IMG/VR virus record: IMGVR_UViG_3300030419_007196
Span: 32,001 to 96,000 of that record
Source of the DNA: a virus
Reading direction: 5' to 3' (one strand)
DNA: 64,000 nucleotides
The position numbers and the translations under genes were made by a program. The first letter of the stretch is position 1, and each line of letters starts with the position of its first letter. This document shows, in pieces, positions 17,621 to 27,095 of this stretch. The notes under the pieces are model-generated. The model was not told the origin of the DNA. It did not search any database and saw only the letters and a program-made list of their open reading frames with translations.

Positions 17621-19507
17621 TTAACCAACCAAGTCATGACAAATGACCAGACCGTACATGTCTGAACGCACCATTCTCTTGGCGTAGCGGGTCATGACAC
17701 CCTTACGAGGCACGAAGTCCTCTGGCCCAAAGATGGTAGGCGTAACCTGTAGCGGAACGTAAGGAGCATAAACATAGCCACTCTCTAAGAAGCTGCTACC
17801 CTTGCGACCAACGAGAATTACATTTCGCGGGAAGTAAGGATCGACATAAGCGTCGAACTTCTTGCTGATAGAGCCTACCTTGACAGCACCAACGGAACCA
17901 CGATCAGCGTCAGCGGTGACGCTAGCGCGGAAACCAGCAGTAAACTCAAGGATGTTAGCAACTTCTGGTGAGCAAACGATGAAGTTTGCACCGCCACGAA
18001 GCGTCTTACGGTGGATCTGAGCGCTTACGTCGTTAATGGTCTCAATAAGCGTCTCGTACCACTCGCTAACAGTACCGGTGAAGTCAGGAGCAGCCGTAGT
18101 TGCACCAACTTCTTTACCAGTTACACGGTTCAAGAACTTGCCAGCATGGCGTGACCAGTGAAGCGTACTAGCAGTAGCACCCTTAACCAAGTCTTCCAAG
18201 ATCTCGCGATCAATTTCTAGAGCAACATGCTCAGAAAGAATGCTGGTTAGCTCAACCTCTGCGTCAAGGTTGTGGTAAGCGTTGAGGTCTTGACCCAACT
18301 CTGGAGTCCACTTAGCCTTGAGCTTCTTGGTCTGCGCAGTAACGGCCAACGAATCAACCTTAATGTCAAGTTCACGAATAGTCGTGTTCTCGCCAGTTAC
18401 GGAGTTGATCTTATTCTCGCCGTCGCCTGCACCTTCAAGACCGATTAGATCAGCCTCAACGGAACCAACAGCATTACCCTGCGAGTAATCATCCTTACGA
18501 GCATACTGGAAGCCAAGACCGAAACCGGTGTCGGCGGTTGCGACCGAAACCATCGCTGCAGCGTTCGTAAACACGAAGTAAAGATCGTTAGTACCCTTTG
18601 GACGGGTCGTAAGTCTACGAACCTGTCGAGTATCAGCGGCGGTGCCACCGACCACACAAAGAGCGCCAACACCACCGGTTCTGGTGGCAGAACCAATTTC
18701 GCTGGTGTTGTCGGAGAGATTGCCACTAATCGCAATCAAGTTGTTGAAGTCGGCGTCGGTGAGACCACCAGAACCATCATTCTTGATACCATCAGCCAAC
18801 TTGAGAACCTTGATGAAATGACCCTCGTTTAGATCTGGATCATAAGCAATACGGTTAGCAACGTCACGCTCAACAACCGTTGAAAGCGAGCCGGCCTCTA
18901 ATAGAGAACGAAGCTGTGCAACGGTCTTTGCACCACGAAGAGAAGTCTCGGTGGTGTGGGCCAACTGAGTTGTTGAACCAGAGGCAGCAGAACCGGTTGG
19001 GCTTGAGTATGATTGGTTAAGAGCATAAAAGCTAGTTTCACCACTCAGAGTGCCGGCGTGGTAGGTGTCATCCAAATCAACACCACTCGTGGCGATCTCT
19101 GAACCGACTGCGTTACCACCGTAAACTGACTTGCCTGCAACTGCGCCGGCGTGCTTCATAGCACTATCGGCATAGGTGAAGTCCAAGAAGAAAATGAGGC
19201 CCGAGGGCAAGCTCATCGGCTGAACACTAACGAGATCGTTGGCAATCAAGCCACCGAAAACGCGTCGAACAATTGGGAACGCTACGGCTGCGAAGCCTTC
19301 AACGTCACCACCGCTCATTACGGAAGCTTCACGGAGAAGTTCCTTGGCTTGGTTTTCTAATAGCCTAGCCATGCTATTTTTATGAATATCGCTGTTGAGT
19401 CCCTCTAAAAGACCGGTTTTTTCCCACTTTGTGAGTAGGGCTGCACCTTCCTTCTGGAGATCACGCTCAACGATGTTTTCTGTCAATTTTTCTACAATAT
19501 TAGACAT
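17621..19507 (-). CDS. gp23: Major capsid protein (T4 gp23 family)
   Basis: FPIVRRVF..LIANDLVSVQPMSLPSGLIFFL, KLKAKWTPELGQDLNAYH, YAPYVPL, KGVMTRYA; SD GGAGG. Confidence 0.98.
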   Translation of the reverse strand: MSNIVEKLTENIVERDLQKEGAALLTKWEKTGLLEGLNSDIHKNSMARLLENQAKELLREASVMSGGDVEGFAAVAFPIVRRVFGGLIANDLVSVQPMSLPSGLIFFLDFTYADSAMKHAGAVAGKSVYGGNAVGSEIATSGVDLDDTYHAGTLSGETSFYALNQSYSSPTGSAASGSTTQLAHTTETSLRGAKTVAQLRSLLEAGSLSTVVERDVANRIAYDPDLNEGHFIKVLKLADGIKNDGSGGLTDADFNNLIAISGNLSDNTSEIGSATRTGGVGALCVVGGTAADTRQVRRLTTRPKGTNDLYFVFTNAAAMVSVATADTGFGLGFQYARKDDYSQGNAVGSVEADLIGLEGAGDGENKINSVTGENTTIRELDIKVDSLAVTAQTKKLKAKWTPELGQDLNAYHNLDAEVELTSILSEHVALEIDREILEDLVKGATASTLHWSRHAGKFLNRVTGKEVGATTAAPDFTGTVSEWYETLIETINDVSAQIHRKTLRGGANFIVCSPEVANILEFTAGFRASVTADADRGSVGAVKVGSISKKFDAYVDPYFPRNVILVGRKGSSFLESGYVYAPYVPLQVTPTIFGPEDFVPRKGVMTRYAKRMVRSDMYGLVICHDLVG

Positions 19508-19526
19508 CGTTAAATCCTCCCTTGAA

Positions 19527-20579
19527 TTATTTTTGAATGCCTGCCAAAGCTTTCATGCGATTGGCAAACGTTTCTTGTAGATTATTACTCTTTTGAGACT
19601 CTTGAGCCTTTAAGAGCATAGAAGTGTTTGTGCGACGACCTACTGCTTCGCTCAGAGATTTTGGACCAGTCTTTGGAGTCCCAACTGCGCTTTGAAGAGT
19701 TTCGTACACTACTTTTGCTTTTTCTACACTATCAGTACTCTGAATTGATTCGACAATTTCATTTTTTTGCCGCTCATTCAAGGAGCCATTAGACAGAACT
19801 TTATTAGTGTATAAAAGCTTTGCATTAATGAGATTCATCTCATCAAATTTGGTTTTAAGACTTTCAACCGCCTCGTATAAGGCTTCATTTTCGTTTGTAA
19901 GTCTTGCGTTCTCTTTTTGTTCTTTTTTAAGGGTGTTTTCAGCCTTTTGTAAATTGACCTCTAAAACTTTTTGAGTCTCTTTATGCTCTTTTGTCAACTC
20001 TAGCTCCATTTCAGCAATAGCACTTGCTAAAAGATCAAGAGCGGCCTCCTCATCTAACACCTTTGTTCCACGATTCATCCAACCGGCTGGCGTGGCTTCA
20101 AAATCTAATTTCATCTTTTCTTCAATAACTTCTTCTTCCACTTCTTTATTTTCTTCCTCGTTTAAAGAAGCTTGCTCGTTTTCTAATTCTTCTGATACGA
20201 GCTTGTCTATTTCCTCATCAGAAACAGCGACCTCATCAGAGACGTTTGATTCTGCAACAATTTTTTCTAAATCGATTTCAATAACTTGGTCTTCCTCTAG
20301 TTCAAAATTATTACTGTCAGACAAGTCGCCAAAGGCATAAGCTTTACCGTCATACTCATCTAATTGGGCCTCAACGATGGACTTGTCGTCTTTATCCTCT
20401 GGGGCTACAGTATCTTCACCGTAACTCTCACCTTTTACTTCATCTTGCTCTAAAAGCGTCTCAATTGTATCTTTAATTTGACCTGAATACTTGGCTAAAA
20501 CCGCCTGTTCGGCGCTTTGAATGGCCGCCTCTCTGAGGGCTTTTGCATCAACTATTGCTTGCTCTAACATCGCTGACAT
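19527..20579 (-). CDS. Prohead scaffolding/core protein (gp22-like)
   Basis: Acidic coiled coil directly upstream of the capsid gene; ends RMKALAGI. Confidence 0.8.
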   Translation of the reverse strand: MSAMLEQAIVDAKALREAAIQSAEQAVLAKYSGQIKDTIETLLEQDEVKGESYGEDTVAPEDKDDKSIVEAQLDEYDGKAYAFGDLSDSNNFELEEDQVIEIDLEKIVAESNVSDEVAVSDEEIDKLVSEELENEQASLNEEENKEVEEEVIEEKMKLDFEATPAGWMNRGTKVLDEEAALDLLASAIAEMELELTKEHKETQKVLEVNLQKAENTLKKEQKENARLTNENEALYEAVESLKTKFDEMNLINAKLLYTNKVLSNGSLNERQKNEIVESIQSTDSVEKAKVVYETLQSAVGTPKTGPKSLSEAVGRRTNTSMLLKAQESQKSNNLQETFANRMKALAGIQK

Positions 20580-20606
20580 AAGAATACTCCTTATTCTAAC
20601 TCATAA

Positions 20607-20613
20607 TAAATAG
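20607..20613 (-). promoter_or_regulatory. Putative late promoter CTATTTA for scaffold-capsid operon
   Basis: Intergenic ACTATTTATT followed by SD AAGGAG. Confidence 0.6.
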
Positions 20614-20636
20614 TAATTAAAATTTTAAAATGCTCA

Positions 20637-21455
20637 TTAAGAAGAAAGGGCTTGTGATAGACGGGAGGATTCGCTGTCAGTTAATTTTCTTGTAATGATA
20701 AAAAGGTCTGAAATATGCCCATTTAAAGGGAGTGAAGCACCGGTGCCTCTTGCTCCAATATAGGCTTGATCTGTTCTGTCAAAATCATAATCAGCATCAT
20801 TTGTTAAATCGCTGGCTCCAGCGGCAGTCAAGGATTCCCCATTTAAATGCTGGGTTAAAGCATCTGGAGTGGCTTCTGTATCGTGGGTAGTAACATAAAC
20901 ATATTCTGTATTAGAAGTAGTCGCTAAAGTGCTTAAGAAAAAGCTATCCTGTCCTCCACTTTTATCACCTATACCAGACCAAAATTTATCTCCACTGCTA
21001 TCAATTGTTCCGTGGACTGCTCCACCATTAACTTCAGCATATCCTGAATCACCCAATTCCCAAACAATATTAGCCGCACCAAAAACACCCGTAATACAAA
21101 AGCGACTAACAACTGTAATTTTATCTGTGTTGGCTGGTATTAGCTGAATAGCATAGATTAAGTTCTCATTTGATTGAAATGAGTAGGCAGTTGTATTTAA
21201 AACTGAACTAAGCTCTGTGCTTGGAGGGTTTGAGCCAATAGTTGGCGATGTTCCCTCTACAACATCAATTGTTGAATTGCTCAAGTTTGAGCCAATTGTA
21301 TTAGAAGTGCTCGTGGCATCAATCCAAGTAATAATATCACCACCACCAATAGCACGAATTAAAGAGCGTTTTGAACTGGCGCGATCAATGAGGCTTTGTT
21401 TACCAACAGAGCGACTTGATAAAGAGCCTTGTTTTCCACCAAAGCCGCTTCTCAT
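20637..21455 (-). CDS. LamG/concanavalin-like domain protein
   Basis: TWIDA...HLNG...YIGARG...LNGHISDLFIITRKLTDSE is a LamG C-terminal pattern. Confidence 0.7.
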   Translation of the reverse strand: MRSGFGGKQGSLSSRSVGKQSLIDRASSKRSLIRAIGGGDIITWIDATSTSNTIGSNLSNSTIDVVEGTSPTIGSNPPSTELSSVLNTTAYSFQSNENLIYAIQLIPANTDKITVVSRFCITGVFGAANIVWELGDSGYAEVNGGAVHGTIDSSGDKFWSGIGDKSGGQDSFFLSTLATTSNTEYVYVTTHDTEATPDALTQHLNGESLTAAGASDLTNDADYDFDRTDQAYIGARGTGASLPLNGHISDLFIITRKLTDSESSRLSQALSS

Positions 21456-21872
21456 TTAACCAACCCCAAGAGAACCAGACCAGTTGTTTTCCAAGCTGCC
21501 AGTAGCAATACCGGTAAGGCCGGCCGCGACAGAAGCAGAGGTCTCGGCGGATTCGCCCATTAGATAAATTCTTGCAACTCTCCACTCTCCTGTGTAGGAT
21601 TCGCCGTTATCCAAGGAGAAGTAGTTAGCGTTACCACCGGGCTTGGATCCGGTAATACCAAGCGATGAAAACCCAAACCTCAAGACAGAATTGGTGCCAG
21701 TATTTGTGTTAACAACAGTAAAAAACCTAGTAACAGTTGGAAAATCAAATTGAAGTGGGCCGCTGGCGCTGTGAGGCACCCTAAAAGAAGCAGTCACAAA
21801 AGGTATGCCGCTCATTTGGTATTGGCCAACCGAGCTTAACCCCGCCCTATAATTAAAAAAAGTATCACTCAT
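21456..21872 (-). CDS. Hypothetical virion protein
   Basis: 138-aa beta-rich protein; translationally coupled (ATGA overlap) to bS21. Confidence 0.7.
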   Translation of the reverse strand: MSDTFFNYRAGLSSVGQYQMSGIPFVTASFRVPHSASGPLQFDFPTVTRFFTVVNTNTGTNSVLRFGFSSLGITGSKPGGNANYFSLDNGESYTGEWRVARIYLMGESAETSASVAAGLTGIATGSLENNWSGSLGVG

Positions 21873-22081
21873 CGTTTATTCTGCTCCCGTTTTAATTTTT
21901 CTAAAACTTTTTCTCTTTTCATTTTCTCTTTTCTCTTCTTCACAGATGGTTTTATGTAATATCTTCTGTTCAGAACTTCTTTCACTATTCCTGCGTTTTT
22001 CACTTTTCTGTTAAATCTCTTTATAAGCGATTCGGCTGATTCGTTTCTGCGAGCTTTAACCTGTACATTACAACTATACAT
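21869..22081 (-). CDS. rpsU: Phage-encoded 30S ribosomal protein bS21
   Basis: VKARRNESAESLIKRFNRKVKNAGIVKEVLNRRYYIKPSVKKR matches the bS21 signature. Confidence 0.92.
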   Translation of the reverse strand: MYSCNVQVKARRNESAESLIKRFNRKVKNAGIVKEVLNRRYYIKPSVKKRKEKMKREKVLEKLKREQNKR

Positions 22082-22091
22082 ATTTTGCCTC

Positions 22092-22532
22092 TTATTTAAT
22101 TAGATGCTTCCAGCTATTCATGCCGGGAATAGAAGAAATATCTACACCGGGATCGTTTGGATTGACGCCGGTGAGCGTGCCCGCACCTTTTGTTTCTGAT
22201 TCAGGTGCAGGGGTTGTTCCCTCAAATAAGTCCACGCCCCCAAAATTGTTTTTAAGAATTTCAGTCATTTTTTTCTTATTTTCAGAAAAAGCCTTTCTTT
22301 CTTTAGGTTGTTTCTTTTGCTTAGATGCCCTTTCCATAACCCTTTCTGTCACAACATTATGTTTCGGCGTATTGGTTATAGTGGGCTGTTTTGCCTCTAG
22401 CAAATTAGCCTTTACAAAGCCGGCAGCTATTTCTGAAACTAAATTGCTAATTATGCCCTCTTCAAAGAGAACCTCTTTAACACACTCTTTTACGAGATTT
22501 TTTAGATCTTTTTTATTTGTTAACGATTTCAT
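22092..22532 (-). CDS. Hypothetical head-associated protein
   Basis: LKNLVKECVKEVLFEEG N-terminus; after the prohead protease. Confidence 0.7.
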   Translation of the reverse strand: MKSLTNKKDLKNLVKECVKEVLFEEGIISNLVSEIAAGFVKANLLEAKQPTITNTPKHNVVTERVMERASKQKKQPKERKAFSENKKKMTEILKNNFGGVDLFEGTTPAPESETKGAGTLTGVNPNDPGVDISSIPGMNSWKHLIK

Positions 22533-23118
22533 TAATCAACCTATTAATCCTATCTTTTTTAGTGAAAATTTTATTTTCGGGAATAGTATTTTCTGTTACT
22601 CTCATGAATGCGCCGGGAGTGGATGGGTCGCTGACTATATCAAAACAAATTAGTTGAAAGTCGTCTTGCACAATTGTCTCTCCAGATTGTTCCTTTACGG
22701 ACCCAAGGCCCCTTGAGGAAATTCCAAGTTGGGCGCCACCGTCCACCAAAGATCTAAGTATGTTACCAGATGGAGTGTCCAAGACTTTTAATTTGCCCAT
22801 TACAGTTTTTCCATCCATCCAAACATCTATAATCATGTGAGACACATTATTTAAATTAATAATTGAAGACTCTGGATGGTCCAACTCACCAAGCGCTCTA
22901 TTATCTTTTACTATGGTTTTATAATTTTCGACTTCTCTCTTTAAAATTTTAGTTGGATAAACTCTAAAGTTGCCATTTTTACGATCTCCCTCTTGAATTT
23001 TTCCAGTTAAGATCATGCCACCTTCTTTGACAAACTTTTTTTCTTCCTCGGTTAACAAATCTTGGCAGACCCCGCCCTCACAGAGTTCATAATATTCTCT
23101 AAGAAGATTCTTATTCAT
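22513..23118 (-). CDS. gp21: Prohead core protease (gp21 family)
   Basis: NFRVYP, ALGELDHP, VSH, LGISSRGLGS, FDIVSDPSTPGAF. Confidence 0.95.
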   Translation of the reverse strand: MNKNLLREYYELCEGGVCQDLLTEEEKKFVKEGGMILTGKIQEGDRKNGNFRVYPTKILKREVENYKTIVKDNRALGELDHPESSIINLNNVSHMIIDVWMDGKTVMGKLKVLDTPSGNILRSLVDGGAQLGISSRGLGSVKEQSGETIVQDDFQLICFDIVSDPSTPGAFMRVTENTIPENKIFTKKDRINRLINEIVNK

Positions 23119-23366
23119 TATTGTGTTACCTCTGTAGTGTCAAGCGGCGCAGTAGTCTTAGCTTCTACGTCTTTCGCCACCACTTGCAAAGCAGCCATGG
23201 CGACTTCCTCATCCAAACCCAAACCCACTAAAGCCTCTAACGTATTTTTTAAGTTTTCTACTTCAACACCAAGTTGTGCGAGTGGCTGCTCTTTTAAAAG
23301 TGTTTGAACAGCCTCAACGATGGCTACGCGCTCGATCTCTTTATATCTTTTTACTTTAATCTTCAT
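23118..23366 (-). CDS. Hypothetical protein
   Basis: 82 aa in the head operon, SD AGGA. Confidence 0.65.
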   Translation of the reverse strand: MKIKVKRYKEIERVAIVEAVQTLLKEQPLAQLGVEVENLKNTLEALVGLGLDEEVAMAALQVVAKDVEAKTTAPLDTTEVTQ

Positions 23367-23385
23367 TTTTCTATTCCTAAAGTAG

Positions 23386-23451
23386 CTAAGAGCCTTTGCA
23401 GCAATTAGTTGGTGGTCTAAGCATCCAGTGAGTTTCAGTCCAGATATTCAT
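23386..23451 (-). CDS. Uncalled 21-aa micro-ORF MNIWTETHWMLRPPTNCCKGS
   Basis: ATG overlaps the TGA of the upstream gene (ATGA coupling) and fills most of the intergenic gap. Confidence 0.55.
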   Translation of the reverse strand: MNIWTETHWMLRPPTNCCKGS

Positions 23452-23750
23452 TTCTTGTCTCCCGATAATTTAATGCCAGAGTCATCGACCACCATATCTA
23501 AAAAGTAGCTAGTTCCAGCACTAAGCCAACCAAGCAATAAGCAATTAGCCAAGTTGAACTCATATGTAATTAGTTGCGAATATTGAGAAATGAACAGAAC
23601 AATTATACCAACCCAAAAACCTGTGCACAAAGGACATTTAAATAACTCACCCAACTTGCCGGCTTTTGGCCTTATAGAGTTGAAAATTGAACCATATAAT
23701 AGAATAAGTGTTAATCCATAACAGATTAATACATATATAATTAATTGCAT
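23448..23750 (-). CDS. Membrane protein, DUF1360-like
   Basis: Three hydrophobic segments and GELFKCPLCTGFWVG. Confidence 0.65.
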   Translation of the reverse strand: MQLIIYVLICYGLTLILLYGSIFNSIRPKAGKLGELFKCPLCTGFWVGIIVLFISQYSQLITYEFNLANCLLLGWLSAGTSYFLDMVVDDSGIKLSGDKK

Positions 23751-23751
23751 T

Positions 23752-24312
23752 TTACAGCCTATAAACTAAACCATATGGCAAAGAGTTCGGATCTATACTG
23801 CCCTTGGTATCTTCCTGTGGCACTTCTCCCAACTCAGTACTATCTTCCGGGGTTGGCTCTACCATGTGTTGTTCGTATTCCTCTTCGTAATCGTCAATTG
23901 CCTTAAAGAACTCAAGCTCGTCTTTCAAAAAGTTGTATATTGCCAAAAGCAAAGCTTGAATTGTATCTACTCTATCGTTTATAGGATAGACGGCCTCAAG
24001 TGAACCGTATACATTACCACCCTGAATAGAATCCTGCACTATCATGCCCAATCGCGACAAGTAATCAAAAAATTTATCTTGAGAAGGATATGGATCAGTC
24101 TTATGCTCTCGCTTTCTAAAAGTCACAACTTTATTTTTCTTTGGCATAACAACAATATCAAAAAGAGGGTGATCGTATATAAGATAATCCCCGTTCAAAG
24201 CTCTCCGGAGGTTTAGTTCTATAGTCGTTGGGAACTTTACATCAACCTTTACTGATTTTGTGACTGCTGTGGCGACATCCGAATCAATACTAATTTTAAT
24301 TTTTTCAGCCAT
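23752..24312 (-). CDS. Hypothetical protein in head module
   Basis: 186-aa ORF in the operon. Confidence 0.7.
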   Translation of the reverse strand: MAEKIKISIDSDVATAVTKSVKVDVKFPTTIELNLRRALNGDYLIYDHPLFDIVVMPKKNKVVTFRKREHKTDPYPSQDKFFDYLSRLGMIVQDSIQGGNVYGSLEAVYPINDRVDTIQALLLAIYNFLKDELEFFKAIDDYEEEYEQHMVEPTPEDSTELGEVPQEDTKGSIDPNSLPYGLVYRL

Positions 24313-25120
24313 TTTTAATTTCCTCTTTTAAGGATTGCATACTCAAAAGTTTCTTTAAAATTTCTTCACTAATATATTGCCCCTTAAAAGAAGCTATCTC
24401 TTTCTTTACTTCTTCTAAAGCGTTTCTCATACCTTCGGCATCCGCCTCAGCAATATAGCTATTGATTGTTTCTTTTACCTCATTCAATTCTTCGTTTATA
24501 TAACTCTTAAGCTCAAGGCCGCCGTCTCTAACTGATTCGATATATAATTTTAAAAGAGTTTTTTGCCCTTCGTTTAAATTAGTATATTTTTTATTGAACT
24601 TGTTAGTGAAAATTTTATAAACTGCCTTGCTAACTTTCTCCATGTTCTCTGTTACGGCTGGTTTACTATCATTAACAATTGATTGTATTAAATTGTTCTC
24701 AAGAATAACCCTAGATTTTATTGGCGTTTTTTCATTAAAAATTTGGTAAATTGTAGCTAAATTTTTATAATTTGGCACAAAATTTTCAAATGAATGTTTT
24801 CCAATTAGTTTATTGATTGCTCCAATTAGTTTTGTTTGTTCGTTAAAAATATCTTTATTATTTAATTTTTCTCTGGTTTTTAACGCCTCGGAAATAATTT
24901 TTGAAATTATTTCTTTATTATATCCCTGAAGGTTTTCGAATTCTTTGTACAACTTAAGCTCTTCTGCTAGAATTTTTCCTTTTGAAAAATATTCTTTCAA
25001 AACCTTTACAATTGTTTCTTGTAATTCCTGCCTATTGTTCAACGAACTCTTTGTAAGCTCTGATATTAATACTTCGTAAAGAAAAGCGGTATTTCTTTTC
25101 TTATTATGATTTAGTTTCAT
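24305..25120 (-). CDS. Conserved phage protein downstream of portal (putative prohead core)
   Basis: HNKKRNTAFLYEVL N-terminus and YKNLATIYQIF; position. Confidence 0.6.
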   Translation of the reverse strand: MKLNHNKKRNTAFLYEVLISELTKSSLNNRQELQETIVKVLKEYFSKGKILAEELKLYKEFENLQGYNKEIISKIISEALKTREKLNNKDIFNEQTKLIGAINKLIGKHSFENFVPNYKNLATIYQIFNEKTPIKSRVILENNLIQSIVNDSKPAVTENMEKVSKAVYKIFTNKFNKKYTNLNEGQKTLLKLYIESVRDGGLELKSYINEELNEVKETINSYIAEADAEGMRNALEEVKKEIASFKGQYISEEILKKLLSMQSLKEEIKNG

Positions 25121-27092
25121 CTTTTTTCTTCTCCAGTGAGTTAATAAGGTTGTCGATATCTTGTGAAGCTAACAACACCTTTCTTTCTATTTCGTCATTA
25201 TAATTAGACTCGTTTACTACGCCTTTCGCTAATTTGTTTAATTCGTGGTATCCTTTGTGAGATTTGCGAGTGCCGCCCTGTTCCACGCCGGATAAAGACA
25301 GGTAATTTTTCTTTCTAGCTCCCATGTCGCGCTTATCTGTTGTAACTGGCATATACCACTTATCTTTTGATTTGTTTGTGGTGGTTTTGCCGTCAGATGT
25401 TTTTGTTACTTTATACCACTCATCATCTCTTTTTCCTGCGCCCGGTTCAGCGCCGGGGGTAACTAATAGCCCGCCCTCCTCTTCTGGGGCAGCAGGTGGT
25501 GTGGCAGGTTCAGCCTCTGCTGGTGCTGGGGTTTCTGCGGCTGGTTCGCCTATGGCTTCGGCTTCGGCCCCTGTCTCTGTTGGGCCTCCCAGACCAAAGC
25601 CGCCACCGAAAGCGCCGCCGGCGTCTTCGACAGTTGCTTGAGCGATTTTACCCATGGCAGCTTCTAATTTTTTATCATAGAACTTTTCTCTCTGGTTTCT
25701 AATAAATTCTTCTTCGCTAATACCAAAAATGTTTTCAGATATCCAGCGAGCGCTGAAAACACTTTGTGTTGCTTGGTTTGCAATTTCAAACTTTACTCTC
25801 ATATTTTCCATCTCTTGCAATTGCGCAATTTTGGAAGGGTTTGTTAGACCAAGGGTAAAGGAGAGCAGGTCTTCACCTCTATATCCAAGCGTATAGAGAT
25901 GGACAATACCAATTTTTTCTAGCTCGCTGACTATAGATCTTTGAATTCTTTGAATTGTTCTAGCAAAACGAATGTCTTTTTGTGCCAGAGTGGTTTTGTC
26001 CTCTGTTGCTCCAGCGGCCGAGTCTCTAATAACGTAAGACGGCGGCACTTTAATCGCGGACAACATTTTATCTCTGAGATATTTTACGTCTTCGATGTCA
26101 TTAGTTCTTGCCTGACCGCCTACGTTTTCAATTTTTGTTCCAGAAGCACCACCACGAACCGGAATATAGTAATCCTCTTCGATGGAAGCTGGATTGTAGC
26201 GCAAGTCAACGCGGCCGGAATTAGAATCCACTACTTGATGGCGCTTCATTTGTGTCATAACCTTTTGCATGAACTGTTCGACATCTTCTGGTGGCACACC
26301 ACCGACATCGACATAAAAGGCCCTTCGATCAGGTGCTCGGACAATACGATATGCCATCATGGCATCTTCCATCATGGTAAGCTGACGCCAGATGCGGCGG
26401 GCAGAATCTAATACTGAGGTCCCATATGGTGCAAATTTATCATTTCCCAAAATACGAAAGTGGCCGACTTGCCAGTTTTCAAACGTCATGCCGGCAGAAT
26501 TCCATTGATATTGAATATAGTTTGGATTTGTTTTATCTTCACCCTCCAATCTCTCAATTTCTTGAGGTGGTAAGCCAATAACAGATTTAACACCTAATTC
26601 ATCGTCGATATCCAAATAAACAAAGTAGTCACCATACTTGCACATACTTCTTGCGTAACCATATAAATTGAACTCAAGATTTAAAACCTCAAAATAGAGG
26701 GTGTTTAGTATTTCTTTAATCTCTTGATTGTTACATCTAATTTTTAATGGTTTTTCAAATCCATCGTGATAGGTAATCTCATCGGCATAAATATCAAGAG
26801 ACGAGGCCAGTTCTGGAGTGTATTCCATCTGATCGAAATCCGCGTATCTCTCTGATCTACTAATATTTTTAACCACATCAGACATCATTGTGTCGTATGG
26901 ATTGTAAGATTTTTTCTTAAAATCTTGCCCACTTGCAGTTCTAAAAGTACTTGCGTATTTGTCTAAACGCTTTCTTCGATCTTTTCGTACATTTTGTTTT
27001 CTGTAGTTTATGATAGGTCCGGAAAACAGACGCGTTAGCCTCTTAAAAAGTTCCGAACTGTTATTTTTTGGATTTCTTGAATTATCAGCCAT
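25104..27092 (-). CDS. gp20: Portal protein (gp20 family)
   Basis: MEDAMMAYRIVRAPDRRAFYVDVG, EEDYYIPVRG, DIEDVKYL, DIRFARTIQRIQ. Confidence 0.96.
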   Translation of the reverse strand: MADNSRNPKNNSSELFKRLTRLFSGPIINYRKQNVRKDRRKRLDKYASTFRTASGQDFKKKSYNPYDTMMSDVVKNISRSERYADFDQMEYTPELASSLDIYADEITYHDGFEKPLKIRCNNQEIKEILNTLYFEVLNLEFNLYGYARSMCKYGDYFVYLDIDDELGVKSVIGLPPQEIERLEGEDKTNPNYIQYQWNSAGMTFENWQVGHFRILGNDKFAPYGTSVLDSARRIWRQLTMMEDAMMAYRIVRAPDRRAFYVDVGGVPPEDVEQFMQKVMTQMKRHQVVDSNSGRVDLRYNPASIEEDYYIPVRGGASGTKIENVGGQARTNDIEDVKYLRDKMLSAIKVPPSYVIRDSAAGATEDKTTLAQKDIRFARTIQRIQRSIVSELEKIGIVHLYTLGYRGEDLLSFTLGLTNPSKIAQLQEMENMRVKFEIANQATQSVFSARWISENIFGISEEEFIRNQREKFYDKKLEAAMGKIAQATVEDAGGAFGGGFGLGGPTETGAEAEAIGEPAAETPAPAEAEPATPPAAPEEEGGLLVTPGAEPGAGKRDDEWYKVTKTSDGKTTTNKSKDKWYMPVTTDKRDMGARKKNYLSLSGVEQGGTRKSHKGYHELNKLAKGVVNESNYNDEIERKVLLASQDIDNLINSLEKKKDETKS

Positions 27093-27095
27093 CTT

